Source: Eledone cirrhosa (lineage: Eukaryota). Taken from it: 64,000 bases of DNA. The notes under the pieces were generated by a model that saw only the letters and a list, made by a program, of their open reading frames with translations, was not told where the DNA came from and made no database searches. Shown here in pieces: positions 14,705 to 26,900 of this stretch (the stretch's first letter is position 1; every line of letters begins with the position of its first letter). A program made the translations under genes and the position numbers. The DNA lies in NCBI GenBank assembly GCA_964016885.1, contig OZ024762.1:29264001-29328000 (forward strand), in the 5' to 3' direction.

Positions 14705-17700
14705 GTCAGATGTCAGGTTAGGGTGGTGGGTTGGCAGTAAGGGTAGAGGGTCAGACACCATGTTAGGGTGGTGGGTTGGCAGTAAGGGTAGAGGATCAGA
14801 TGTCAGGTTAGGGTGGTGGGTTGGCAGTAAGGGTAGAGAGTCAGATGTCATGTTAGGGTGGTGGGTTGGCAGTAAGGGTAGAGGGTGAGACACCATGTTA
14901 GGGTGGTGGGTTGGCAGTAAGGTTAGAGGGTCAGACACCATGTTAGGGTGGTGGGTTGGCAGTATTGGTAGAGGGTCAGATGTCAGGTTAGGGTGGTGGG
15001 TTGGCAGTAAGGGTAGAGGGTCAGATGTCAGGTTAGGGTGGTGGGTTGGCAGTATTGGTAGAGGGTCATATGTCAGGTTAGGGTGGTGGGTTGGCAGTAA
15101 GGGTAGAGGGTCAGACACCATGTTAGGGTGGTGGGTTGGCAGTAAGGGTAGAGGGTCAGATGTCAGGTTAGGGTGGTGGGTTGGCAGTAAGGGTAGAGGG
15201 TCAGATGTCAGGTTAGGGTGGTGGGTTGGCAGTAAGGGTAGAGGGTCAGATGTCAGGTTAGGGTGGTGGGTTGGCAGTATTGGTAAAGGGTCAGATGTCA
15301 GGTTAGGGTGGTGGGTTGGCAGTAAGGGTAGAGGGTCAGATGTCATGTTAGGGTGGTGGGTTGGCAGTATTGGTAGAGGGTCAGATGTCAGGTTAGGGTG
15401 GTGGGTTGGCAGTAAGGGTAGAGGGTCAGATGTCATGTTAGGGTGGTGGGTTGGCAGTATTGGTAGAGGGTCAGATGTCAGGTTAGGGTGGTGGGTTGGC
15501 AGTAAGGGTAGAGGGTCAGATGTCAGGTTAGGGTGGTGGGTTGGCAGTATTGGTAGAGGGTAGGATGTCATGTTAGGGTGGTGGGTTGGCAGTATTGGTA
15601 GAGGGTCAGATGTCAGGTTAGGGTGGTGGGTTGGCAGTAAGGGTAGAGGGTCAGATGTCAGGTTAGGGTGGTGGGTTGGCAGTAAGGGTAGAGGGTCAGA
15701 TGTCAGGTTAGGGTGGTGGGTTGGCAGTAAGGGTAGAGAGTCAGATGTCAGATTAGGGTGGTGGGTTGGCAGTATTGGTAGAGGGTCAGATGTCAGGTTA
15801 GGGTGGTGGGTTGGCAGTAAGGGTAGAGGGTCAGATGTCAGGTTAGGGTGGTGGGTTGGCAGTATTGGTAGAGGGTCAGATGTCATGTTAGGGTGGTGGG
15901 TTGGCAGTATTGGTAGAGGGTCAGATGTCAGGTTAGGGTGGTGGGTTGGCAGTAAGGGTAGAGGGTCAGACACCATGTTAGGGTGGTGGGTTGGCAGTAA
16001 GGGTAGAGGATCAGATGTCAGGTTAGGGTGGTGGGTTGGCAGTAAGGGTAGAGGGTCAGACACCATGTAGGATGGTGGGTTGGCAGTAAGGGTAGAGGAT
16101 CAGATGTCAGGTTAGGGTGGTGGGTTGGCAGTAAGGGTAGAGGGTCAGATGTCAGGTTAGGGTGGTGGGTTGGCAGTAAGGGTAGAGGGTCAGACACCAT
16201 GTTAGGGTGGTGGGTTGGCCGTAAGGGTAGAGGGTCAGATGTCATGTTAGGGTGGTGGGTTGGCAGTAAGGGTAGAGGGTCAGATGTCATGTTAGGGTGG
16301 TGGTTTGGCAGTAAGGGTAGAGGATCAGATGTCAGGTTAGGGTGGTGGTTTGGCAGTATTGGTAGAGGGTCAGATGTCATTTTAGGGTGGTGGGTTGGCA
16401 GTAAGGGTAGAGGGTCAGATGTCAGGTTAGGGTGGTGGGTTGGCAGTAAGGGTAGAGGTCAGATGTTAGGTTAGAGTGGTGGGTTGGCAGTATTGGTAGA
16501 GGGTCAGATGTCAGGTTAGGGTGGTGGGTTGGCAGTAAGGGTAGAGGGTCAGACACCATGTTAGGGTGGTGGGTTGGCAGTAAGGGTAGAGGGTCAGATG
16601 TCAGGTTAGGGTGGTGGGTTGGCAGTAAGGGTAGAGGGTCAGATGTCAGGTTAGGGTGGTGGGTTGGCAGTAAGGGTAGAGGGTCAGATGTCAGGTTAGG
16701 GTGGTGGGTTGGCAGTATTGGTAGAGGGTCAGATGTCAGGTTAGGGTGGTGGGTTGGCAGTAAGGGTAGAGGGTCAGATGTCATGTTAGGGTGGTGGGTT
16801 GGCAGTATTGGTAGAGGGTCAGATGTCAGGTTAGGGTGGTGGGTTGGCAGTAAGGGTAGAGGGTCAGATGTCAGGTTAGGGTGGTGGGTTGGCAGTATTG
16901 GTAGAGGGTCAGATGTCAGGTTAGGGTGGTGGGTTGGCAGTAAGGGTAGAGGGTCAGATGTCAGGTTAGGGTGGTGGGTTGGCAGTATTGTTAGAGGGTC
17001 AGATGTCATGTTAGGGTGGTGGGTTGGCAGTATTGGTAGAGGGTCAGATGTCAGGTTAGGGTGGTGGGTTGGCAGTAAGGGTAGAGGGTCAGATGTCATG
17101 TTAGGGTGGTGGGTTGGCAGTATTGGTAGAGGGTCAGATGTCAGGTTAGGGTGGTGGGTTGGCAGTATTGGTAGAGGGTCAGATGTCAGGTTAGGGTGGT
17201 GGGTTGGCAGTATTGGTAGAGGGTCAGCTGTCAGGTTAGGGTGGTGGGTTGGCAGTATTGGTAGAGTGTCAGATGTCAGGTTAGGGTGGTGGATTGGCAG
17301 TAAGGGTAGAGGGTCAGATGTCATATTAGGTTGGTGGGTTGGCAGTAAGGGTAGAGGGTCAGATGTCATGTTAGGGTGGTGGGTTGGCAGTATTGGTAGA
17401 GGGTCAGATGTCAGGTTAGGGTGGTGGGTTGGCAGTAAGGGTAGAGGGTCAGATGTCATGTTAGGGTGGTGGGTTGGCAGTAAGGGTAGAGGGTCAGATG
17501 TCATGTTAGGGTTGTGGGTTGGCAGTATTGGTAGAGGGTCAGATGTCAGGTTAGGGTGGTGGGTTGGCACTAAGGGTAGAGGGTCAGATGTCAGGTTAGG
17601 GTGGTGGGTTGGCAGTAAGGGTAGAGGGTCAGATGTCATGTTAGGGTGGTGGGTTGGCAGTAATGGTAGAGGGTCAGATGTCAGGTTAGGGTGGTGGGTT

Positions 17701-19850
17701 GGTAGTAAGGGTAGAGGGTCAGATGTCATGTTAGGGTGGTGTGTTGGCAGTAAGGGTAGAGGGTCAGATGTCAGGTTAGGGTGGTGTGTTGGCAGTATTG
17801 GTAGAGGGTCAGATGTCAGGTTAGGGTGGTGGGTTGGCAGTACGGGTAGAGGGTCAGATGTCAGGTTAGGGTGGTGGGTTGGCAGTATTGGTAGAGGGTC
17901 ACATGTCAGGTTAGGGTGGTGGTTTGGCAGTAAGGGTAGAGGGTCAGATGTCATGTTAGGGTGGTGGGTTGGCAGTATTGGTAGAGGGTCAGATGTCAAG
18001 TTAGGGTGGTGGGTTGGCAGTAAGGGTAGAGGGTCAGATGTCAGGTTAGGGTGGTGGGTTGGCAGTAAGGGTAGAGGGTCAGATGTCATGTTAGGGTGGT
18101 GGGTTGGCAGTAAGGGTAGAGGGTCAGACACCATGTTAGGGTGGTGGGTTGGCAGTAAGGGTAGAGGATCAGATGTCAGGTTAGGGTGGTGGGTTGGCAG
18201 TAAGGGTAGAGAGTCAGATGTCATGTTAGGGTGGTGGGTTGGCAGTAAGGGTAGAGGGTGAGACACCATGTTAGGGTGGTGGGTTGGCAGTAAGGTTAGA
18301 GGGTCAGACACCATGTTAGGGTGGTGGGTTGGCAGTATTGGTAGAGGGTCAGATGTCAGGTTAGGGTGGTGGGTTGGCAGTAAGGGTAGAGGGTCAGATG
18401 TCAGGTTAGGGTGGTGGGTTGGCAGTATTGGTAGAGGGTCATATGTCAGGTTAGGGTGGTGGGTTGGCAGTAAGGGTAGAGGGTCAGACACCATGTTAGG
18501 GTGGTGGGTTGGCAGTAAGGGTAGAGGGTCAGATGTCAGGTTAGGGTGGTGGGTTGGCAGTAAGGGTAGAGGGTCAGATGTCAGGTTAGGGTGGTGGGTT
18601 GGCAGTAAGGGTAGAGGGTCAGATGTCAGGTTAGGGTGGTGGGTTGGCAGTATTGGTAAAGGGTCAGATGTCAGGTTAGGGTGGTGGGTTGGCAGTAAGG
18701 GTAGAGGGTCAGATGTCATGTTAGGGTGGTGGGTTGGCAGTATTGGTAGAGGGTCAGATGTCAGGTTAGGGTGGTGGGTTGGCAGTAAGGGTAGAGGGTC
18801 AGATGTCATGTTAGGGTGGTGGGTTGGCAGTATTGGTAGAGGGTCAGATGTCAGGTTAGGGTGGTGGGTTGGCAGTAAGGGTAGAGGGTCAGATGTCAGG
18901 TTAGGGTGGTGGGTTGGCAGTATTGGTAGAGGGTAGGATGTCATGTTAGGGTGGTGGGTTGGCAGTATTGGTAGAGGGTCAGATGTCAGGTTAGGGTGGT
19001 GGGTTGGCAGTAAGGGTAGAGGGTCAGATGTCAGGTTAGGGTGGTGGGTTGGCAGTAAGGGTAGAGGTTCAGATGTCAGGTTAGGGTGATGGGTTGGCAG
19101 TAAGGGTAGAGAGTCAGATGTCAGATTAGGGTGGTGGGTTGGCAGTATTGGTAGAGGGTCAGATGTCAGGTTAGGGTGTTGGGTTGGCAGTAAGGGTAGA
19201 GGGTCAGATGTCAGGTTAGGGTGGTGGGTTGGCAGTATTGGTAGAGGGTCAGATGTCATGTTAGGGTGGTGGGTTGGCAGTATTGGTAGAGGTTCAGATG
19301 TCAGGTTAGGGTGGTGGGTTGGAGGTAAGGGTAGAGGGTCAGACACCATGTTAGGGTGGTGGGTTGGCAGTAAGGGTAGAGGATCAGATGTCAGGTTAGG
19401 GTGGTGGGTTGGCAGTAAGGGTAGAGAGTCAGATGTCATGTTAGGGTGGTGGGTTGGCAGTAAGGGTAGAGGGTCAGACACCATGTTAGGATGGTGGGTT
19501 GGCAGTAAGGGTAGAGGATCAGATGTCAGGTTAGGGTGGTGGGTTGGCAGTAAGGGTAGAGGGTCAGATGTCAGGTTAGGGTGGTGGGGTGGCAGTAAGC
19601 GTAGAGGGTCAGACACCATGTTAGGGTGGTGGGTTGGCCGTAAGGGTAGAGGGTCAGATGTCATGTTAGGGTGGTGGGTTGGCAGTAAGGGTAGAGGGTC
19701 AGATGTCATGTTAGGGTGGTGGTTTGGCAGTAAGGGTAGAGGATCAGATGTCAGGTTAGGGTGGTGGTTTGGCAGTATTGGTAGAGGGTCAGATGTCATT
19801 TTAGGGTGGTGGGTTGGCAGTAAGGGTAGAGGGTCAGATTTCAGGTTAGG
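14705..19850. repeat. Higher-order duplication in satellite B, offset 3373 bp (75 monomers minus two 1-bp deletions); third related copy near 22.1-23.8 kb
   Basis: Identical 222-aa ORFs at 14895 and 18268, with a related one at 22183. Shared rare variants: GGGTGAGACACC, TCATATG, GGTAAAGGG, GGGTAGGATG. Confidence 0.88.
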
Positions 19851-22800
19851 GTGGTGGGTTGGCAGTAAGGGTAGAGGGTCAGACACCATGTTAGGGTGGT
19901 GGGTTGGCAGTAAGGGTAGAGGGTCAGATGTCAGGTTAGGGTGGTGGGTTGGCAGTAAGGGTAGAGGGTCAGATGTCAGGTTAGGGTGGTGGGTTGGCAG
20001 TAAGGGTAGAGGGTCAGATGTCAGGTTAGGGTGGTGGGTTGGCAGTATTGGTAGAGGGTCAGATGTCAGGTTAGGGTGGTGGGTTGGCAGTAAGGGTAGA
20101 GGGTCAGATGTCAGGTTAGGGTGGTGGGTTGGCAGTATTGGTAGAGGGTCAGATGTCAGGTTAGGGTGGTGGGTTGGCAGTAAGGGTAGAGGGTCAGATG
20201 TCAGGTTAGGGTGGTGGGTTGGCAGTATTGTTAGAGGGTCAGATGTCATGTTAGGGTGGTGGGTTGGCAGTATTGGTAGAGGGTCAGATGTCAGGTTAGG
20301 GTGGTGGGTTGGCAGTATTTGTAGAGGGTCAGATGTCAGGTTAGGGTGGTGGGTTGGCAGTATTGGTAGAGGGTCAGATGTCAGGTTAGGGTGGTGGGTT
20401 GGCAGTATTGGTAGAGGGTCAGACACCATGTTAGGGTGGTGGGTTGGCAGTAAGGGTAGAGTGTCAGAAGTCAGGTTAGGGTGCTGGATTGGCAGTAAGG
20501 GTAGAGGGTCAGATGTCATATTAGGTTGGTGGGTTGGCAGTAAGGGTAGAGGGTCAGATGTCATGTTAGGGTGGTGGGTTGGCAGTATTGGTAGAGGGTC
20601 AGATGTCAGGTTAGGGTGGTGGGTTGGCAGTAAGGGTAGAGGGTCAGATGTCATGTTAGGGTGGTGGGTTGGCAGTAAGGGTAGAGGGTCAGATGTCATG
20701 TTAGGGTGGTGGGTTGGCAGTATTGGTAGAGGGTCAGATGTCAGGTTAGGGTGGTGGGTTGGCAGTAAGGGTAGAGGGTCAGATGTCAGGTTAGGGTGGT
20801 GGGTTGGCAGTAAGGGTAGAGGGTCAGATGTCATGTTAGGGTGGTGGGTTGGCAGTAATGGTAGAGGGTCAGATGTCAGGTTAGGGTGGTGGGTTGGTAG
20901 TAAGGGTAGAGGGTCAGATGTCATGTTAGGGTGGTGGGTTGGCAGTAAGGGTAGAGGGTCAGATGTCAGGTTAGGGTGGTGTGTTGGCAGTATTGGTAGA
21001 GGGTCAGATGTCAGGTTAGGGTGGTGGGTTGGCAGTACGGGTAGAGGGTCAGATGTCAGGTTAGGGTGGTGGGTTGGCAGTATTGGTAGAGGGTCACATG
21101 TCAGGTTAGGGTGGTGGTTTGGCAGTAAGGGTAGAGGGTCAGATGTCAGGTTAGGGTGGTGGGTTGGCAGTATTGGTAGAGGGTCAGATGTCAAGTTAGG
21201 GTGGTGGGTTGGCAGTAAGGGTAGAGGGTCAGATGTCAGGTTAGGGTGGTGGGTTGGCAGTAAGGGTAGAGGGTCAGATGTCATGTTAGGGTGGTGGGTT
21301 GGCAGTAAGGGTAGAGGGTCAGATGTCAGGTTAGGGTGGTGGTTTGGCAGTAAGGGTAGAGGATCAGATGTCATGTTAGGGTGGTGGGTTGGCAGTAAGG
21401 GTAGAGGATCAGATGTCAGGTTAGGGTGGTGGTTTGGAAGTATTGGTAGAGGGTCAGATGTCATGTTAGGGTGGTGGGTTGGCAGTAAGGGTAGAGGATC
21501 AGATGTCAGTTTTGGGTGGTGGTTTGGCAGTATTGGTAGAGGGTCAGACACCATGTTAGGGTGGTGGGTTGGCAGTAAGTGTAGAGGGTCAGATGTCATG
21601 TTAGGGTGGTGGGTTGGCAGTAAGGGTAGAGGATCAGATGTCAGGTTAGGGTGGTGGTTTGGCAGTATTGGTAGAGGGTCAGATGTCATGTTAGGGTGGT
21701 GGGTTGGCAGTAAGGGTAGAGGATCAGATGTCAGGTTAGGGTGGTGGTTTGGCAGTATTGGTAGAGGGTCAGACACCATGTTAGGGTGGTGGGTTGGCAG
21801 TAAGGGTAGAGGGTCAGATGTCATGTTAGGGTGGTGGGTTGGCAGTATTGGTAGAGGGTCAGATGTCAGGTTAGGGTGGTGGGTTGGTAGTAAGGGTAGA
21901 GGGTCAGATGTCAGGTTAGGGTGGTGGGTTGGCAGTATTGGTAGAGGGTCGGACACCATGTTAGGGTGGTGGTTTGGCAGTATTGGTAGAGGGTCAGATG
22001 TCAGGTTAGGGTGGTGGGTTGGCAGTAAGGGTAGAGGGTCAGACACCATGTTAGGGTGGTGGGTTGGCAGTAAGGGTAGAGGGTCAGACACCATGTTAGG
22101 GTGGTGTGTTGGCAGTAAGGGTAGAGGATCAGATGTCAGGTTAGGGTGGTGGGTTGGCAGTAAGGGTAGAGGGTGAGACACCATGTTAGGGTGTTGGGTT
22201 GGCAGTAAGGGTAGAGGGTCAGACACCATGTTAGGGTGGTGGGTTGGCAGTATTGGTAGAGGGTCAGATGTCAGGTTAGGGTGGTGGGTTGGCAGTAAGG
22301 GTAGAGGGTCAGATGTCAGGTTAGGGTGGTGGGTTGGCAGTATTGGTAGAGGGTCAGATGTCAGGTTAGGGTGGTGGGTTGGCAGTAAGGGTAGAGGGTC
22401 AGACACCATGTTAGGGTGGTGGGTTGGCAGTAAGGGTAGAGGGTCAGATGTCAGGTTAGGGTGGTGGGTTGGCAGTAAGGGTAGAGGGTCAGATGTCAGG
22501 TTAGGGTGGTGGGTTGGCAGTAAGGGTAGAGGGTCAGATGTCAGGTTAGGGTGGTGGGTTGGCAGTATTGGTAAAGGGTCAGATGTCAGGTTAGGGTGGT
22601 GGGTTGGCAGTAAGGGTAGAGGGTCAGATGTCAGGTTAGGGTGGTGGATTGGCAGTATTGGTAGAGGGTCAGATGTCAGGTTAGGGTGGTGGGTTGGCAG
22701 TAAGGGTAGAGGGTCAGATGTCATGTTAGGGTGGTGGGTTGGCAGTATTGGTAGAGGGTCAGATGTCAGGTTAGGGTGGTGGGTTGGCAGTAAGGGTAGA

Positions 22801-23949
22801 GGGTCAGATGTCAGGTTAGGGTGGTGGGTTGGCAGTATTGGTAGAGGGTAGGAAGTCATGTTAGGGTGGTGGGTTGGCAGTATTGGTAGAGGGTCAGATG
22901 TCAGGTTAGGGTGGTGGGTTGGCAGTAAGGGTAGAGGGTCAGATGTCAGGTTAGGGTGGTGGGTTGGCAGTAAGGGTAGAGGGTCAGATGTCAGGTTAGG
23001 GTGGTGGGTTGGCAGTAAGGGTAGAGGGTCAGATGTCAGATTAGGGTGGTGGGTTGGCAGTATTGGTAGAGGGTCACATGTCAGGTTAGGGTGGTGGGTT
23101 GGCAGTAAGGGTAGAGGGTCAGATGTCAGGTTAGGGTGGTGGGTTGGCAGTATTGGTAGAGGGTCAGATGTCATGTTAGGGTGGTGGGTTGGCAGTATTG
23201 GTAGAGGGTCAGATGTCAGGTTAGGGTGGTGGGTTGGCAGTAAGGGTAGAGGGTCAGACACCATGTTAGGGTGGTGGGTTGGCAGTAAGGGTAGAGGATC
23301 AGATGTCAGGTTAGGGTGGTGGGTTGGCAGTAAGGGTAGAGAGTCAGATGTCATGTTAGGGTGGTGGTTTGGCAGTAAGGGTAGAGGGTCAGATGTCATG
23401 TTAGGGTGGTGGGTTGGCAGTAAGGGTAGAGGGTCAGACACCATGTTAGGATGGTGGGTTGGCAGTAAGGGTAGAGGATCAGATGTCAGGTTAGGGTGGT
23501 GGGTTGGCAGTAAGGGTAGAGGGTCAGATGTCAGGTTAGGGTGGTGGGTTGGCAGTAAGGGTAGAGGGTCAGACACCATGTTAGGGTGGTGGGTTGGCCG
23601 TAAGGGTAGAGGGTCAGTTGTCATGTTAGGGTGGTGGGTTGGCAGTAAGGGTAGAGGGTCAGATGTCATGTTAGGGTGGTGGTTTGGCAGTAAGGGTAGA
23701 GGATCAGATGTCAGGTTAGGGTGGTGGTTTGGCAGTATTGGTAGAGGGTCAGATGTCATTTTAGGGTGGTGGGTTGGCAGTAAGGGTAGAGGGTCAGATG
23801 TCATGTTAGGGTGGTGGGTTGGCAGTAAGGGTAGAGGTCAGATGTCAGGTTAGGGTGGTGGGTTGGCAGTATTGGTAGAGGGTCAGATGTCAGGTTAGGG
23901 TGGTGGGTTGGCAGTAAGGGTAGAGGGTCAGACACCATGTTAGGGTGGT

Positions 23950-26900
23950 GGGTTGGCAGTAAGGGTAGAGGGTCAGATGTCAGGTTAGGGTGGTGGGTTG
24001 GCAGTAAGGGTAGAGGGTCAGATGTCAGGTTAGGGTGGTGGGTTGGCAGTAATGGTAGAGGGTCAGATATCAGGTTAGGGTGGTGGGTTGGTAGTATTGG
24101 TAGAGGGTCAGATGTCAGGTTAGGGTGGTGGGTTGGCAGTAAGGGTAGAGGGTCAGATGTCATGTTAGGGTGGTGGGTTGGCAGTATTGGTAGAGGGTCA
24201 GATGTCAGGTTAGGGTGGTGGGTTGGCAGTAAGGGTAGAGGGTCAGATGTCAGGTTAGGGTGGTGGGTTGGCAGTATTGGTAGAGGGTCAGATGTCAGGT
24301 TAGGGTGGTGGGTTGGCAGTAAGGGTAGAGGGTCAGATGTCAGGTTAGGGTGGTGGGTTGGCAGTATTGTTAGAGGGTCAGATGTCATGTTAGGGTGGTG
24401 GGTTGGCAGTATTGGTAGAGGGTCAGATGTCAGGTTAGGGTGGTGGGTTGGCAGTATTGGTAGAGGGTCAGATGTCAGGTTAGGGTGGTGGGTTGGCAGT
24501 ATTGGTAGAGGGTCAGATGTCAGGTTAGGGTGGTGGGTTGGCAGTATTGGTAGAGGGTCAGATGTCATGTTAGGGTGGTGGGTTGGCAGTATTGGTAGAG
24601 GTTCAGATGTCAGGTTAGGGTGGTGGGTTGGCAGTAAGGGTAGAGGGTCAGATGTCATGTTAGGGTGGTGGGTTGGCAGTATTGCTAGAGGGTCAGATGT
24701 CATGTTAGGGTGGTGGGTTGGCAGTATTGGTAGAGGGTCAGATGTCAGGTTAGGGTGGTGGGTTGGCAGTAAGGGTAGAGGGTCAGATGTCATTTTAGTG
24801 TGGTGGGTTGGCAGTATTGGTAGAGGGTCAGATGTCATGTTAGGGTGGTGGGTTGGCAGTATTGGTAGAGGGTCAGATGTCAGGTTAGGGTGGTGGGTTG
24901 GCAGTAAGGGTAGAGGGTCAGATGTCATGTTAGGGTGGTGGGTTGGCAGTATTGGTAGAGGGTCAGATGTCATGTTAGGGTGGTGGGTTGGCAGTATTGG
25001 TAGAGGGTCAGATGTTAGGTTAGGGTGGTGGGTTGGCAGTATTGGTAGAGGGTCAGATGTCAGGTTAGGGTGGTGGGTTGGCAGTAAGGGTAGAGGGTCA
25101 GATGTCATGTTAGGGTGGTGGGTTGGCAGTAAGTGTAGAGGGTCAGATGTCAAGTTAGGGTGGTGGGTTGGCAGTATTGGTAGAGGGTCAGGTTAGGGTG
25201 GTGGGTTGGCGGTAAGGGTAGAGGGTCAGATGTCAGGTTAGGGTGGTGGGTTGGCAGTATTGGTAGAGGTTCAGGTTAGGGTCGTGGGTTGGCGGTAAGG
25301 GTAGAGGGTCAGATGTCAGGTTAGGGTGGTGGGTTGGCAGTATTGATAGAGGGTCAGGTTAGGGTGGTGAGTTGGCAGTAAGGGTAGAGGGTCAGATGTC
25401 AGGTTAGGGTGGTGGGTTGGCAGTAAGGGTAGAGGGTCAGATGTCAGGTTAGGGTGGTGGGTTAGCAGTAAGGGTAGAGGGTCAGATGTCAGGTTAGGGT
25501 GGTGGGTTGGCAGTATTGGTAGAGGGTCAGATTGCAGGTTAGGGTGGTGGGTTGGCAGTAAGGGTAGATGGTCAGATGTCGGGTTAGGGTGGTGGGTTGG
25601 CAGTATTGGTAGAGGGTCAGATGTCAGGTTAGGGTGGTGGATTGGCAGTAAGGGTAGAGGCTCAGATGTCAGGTTAGGGTGGTGGGTTGGCAGTATTGGT
25701 AGAGGGTCAGATGTCAGGTTAGGGTGGTGGATTGGCAGTAAGGGTAGAGGGTCAGATGTCAGGTTAGTGTGGTGGGTTGGCAGTATTGGTAGAGGGTCAG
25801 ATGTCAGGTTAGGGTGGTGGATTGGCAGTAAGGGTAGAGGGTCAGATGTCAGGTTAGGGTGGTGGGTTGGCAGTAAGGGTAGAGGGTCAGACACCATGTT
25901 AGGGTTGTGGGTTGGCAGTAAGGGTAGAGGGTCAGATGTCAGGTTAGGGTGGTGGATTGGCAGTAAGGGTAGAGGGTCAGATGTCAGGTTAGGGTGGTGG
26001 GTTTGCAGTATTGGTAGAGGGTCAGATGTCATGTTAGGGTGGTGGATTGGCAGTAAGGGTAGAGGGTCAGATGTCAGGTTAGGGTGGTGGGTTGGCAGTA
26101 TTGGTAGAGGGTCAGATGTCAGGTTAGGGTGGTGGGTTGGCAGTATTGGTAGAGGGTCAGATGTCAGGTTAGGGTGGTGGGTTGGCAGTATTGGTAGAGG
26201 GTCAGATGTCAGGTTAAGGTGGTAGATTGGTAGTAAGGGTAGAGGTTCAGATGTCATGTTAGGGTGGTAGATTTGCAGTATTGGTAGAGGGTCAGATGTC
26301 ATGTTAGGGTGGTGGGTTGTTAGTAAGGGTAGAGGGTCAGATGTCAGGTTAGGGTGGTGGATGGCAGTAAGGCTAGAGGGTCAGATGCCATGTTAGGGTG
26401 GTAGATTTGCAGTATTGGTAGAGGGTCAGATATCATGTTAGGGTGGTGGGTTGGCAGTAAGGGTAGAGGGTCAGACACCATGTTAGGGTTGTGGGTTGGC
26501 AGTATTGGTAGAGGGTCAGATGTCAGGTTACGGTGGTGGGTTGTCAGTATTGGTAGAGGGTCAGATGTCAGGTTAGGGTGGTGGGTTGGCAGTATTGGTA
26601 GAGGGTCAGATGTCATGTTAGGGTGGTGGATTGGCAGTAAGGGTAGAGGGTCAGATGTCATGTTAGAGTGGTGGGTTGGCATTATTGGTAGAGGGTCAGA
26701 TGTCAGGTTAGGGTGGTTGGTTGGCAGTATTGGTAGAGGGTCACATGTCATGTTAGGGTGGTGGGTTGGCAGTATTGGTAGAGGGTCAGACGTCAGGTTA
26801 GGGTGGTGGGTTGGCAGTATTGGTAGAGGGTCAGATGTCAGGTTAGGGTGGTGGGTTGGCAGTATTGGTAGAGGGTCAGATGTCATGTTAGTGTGGTAGA

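Noticed and set aside
25-14888. Long overlapping + strand ORFs in all three frames (MSIPSQSSLPHTTTYPSYTQF...)
   Set aside because: The + strand consensus of the 80-mer has no TAA/TAG/TGA. Because 80 mod 3 = 2, each ORF cycles through all three frames of the same monomer. This is an artefact of the G-poor repeat.
14600-16066. ORF crossing the A/B junction as a fusion gene
   Set aside because: It is chance read-through of two stop-poor repeats and ends within about one A monomer.
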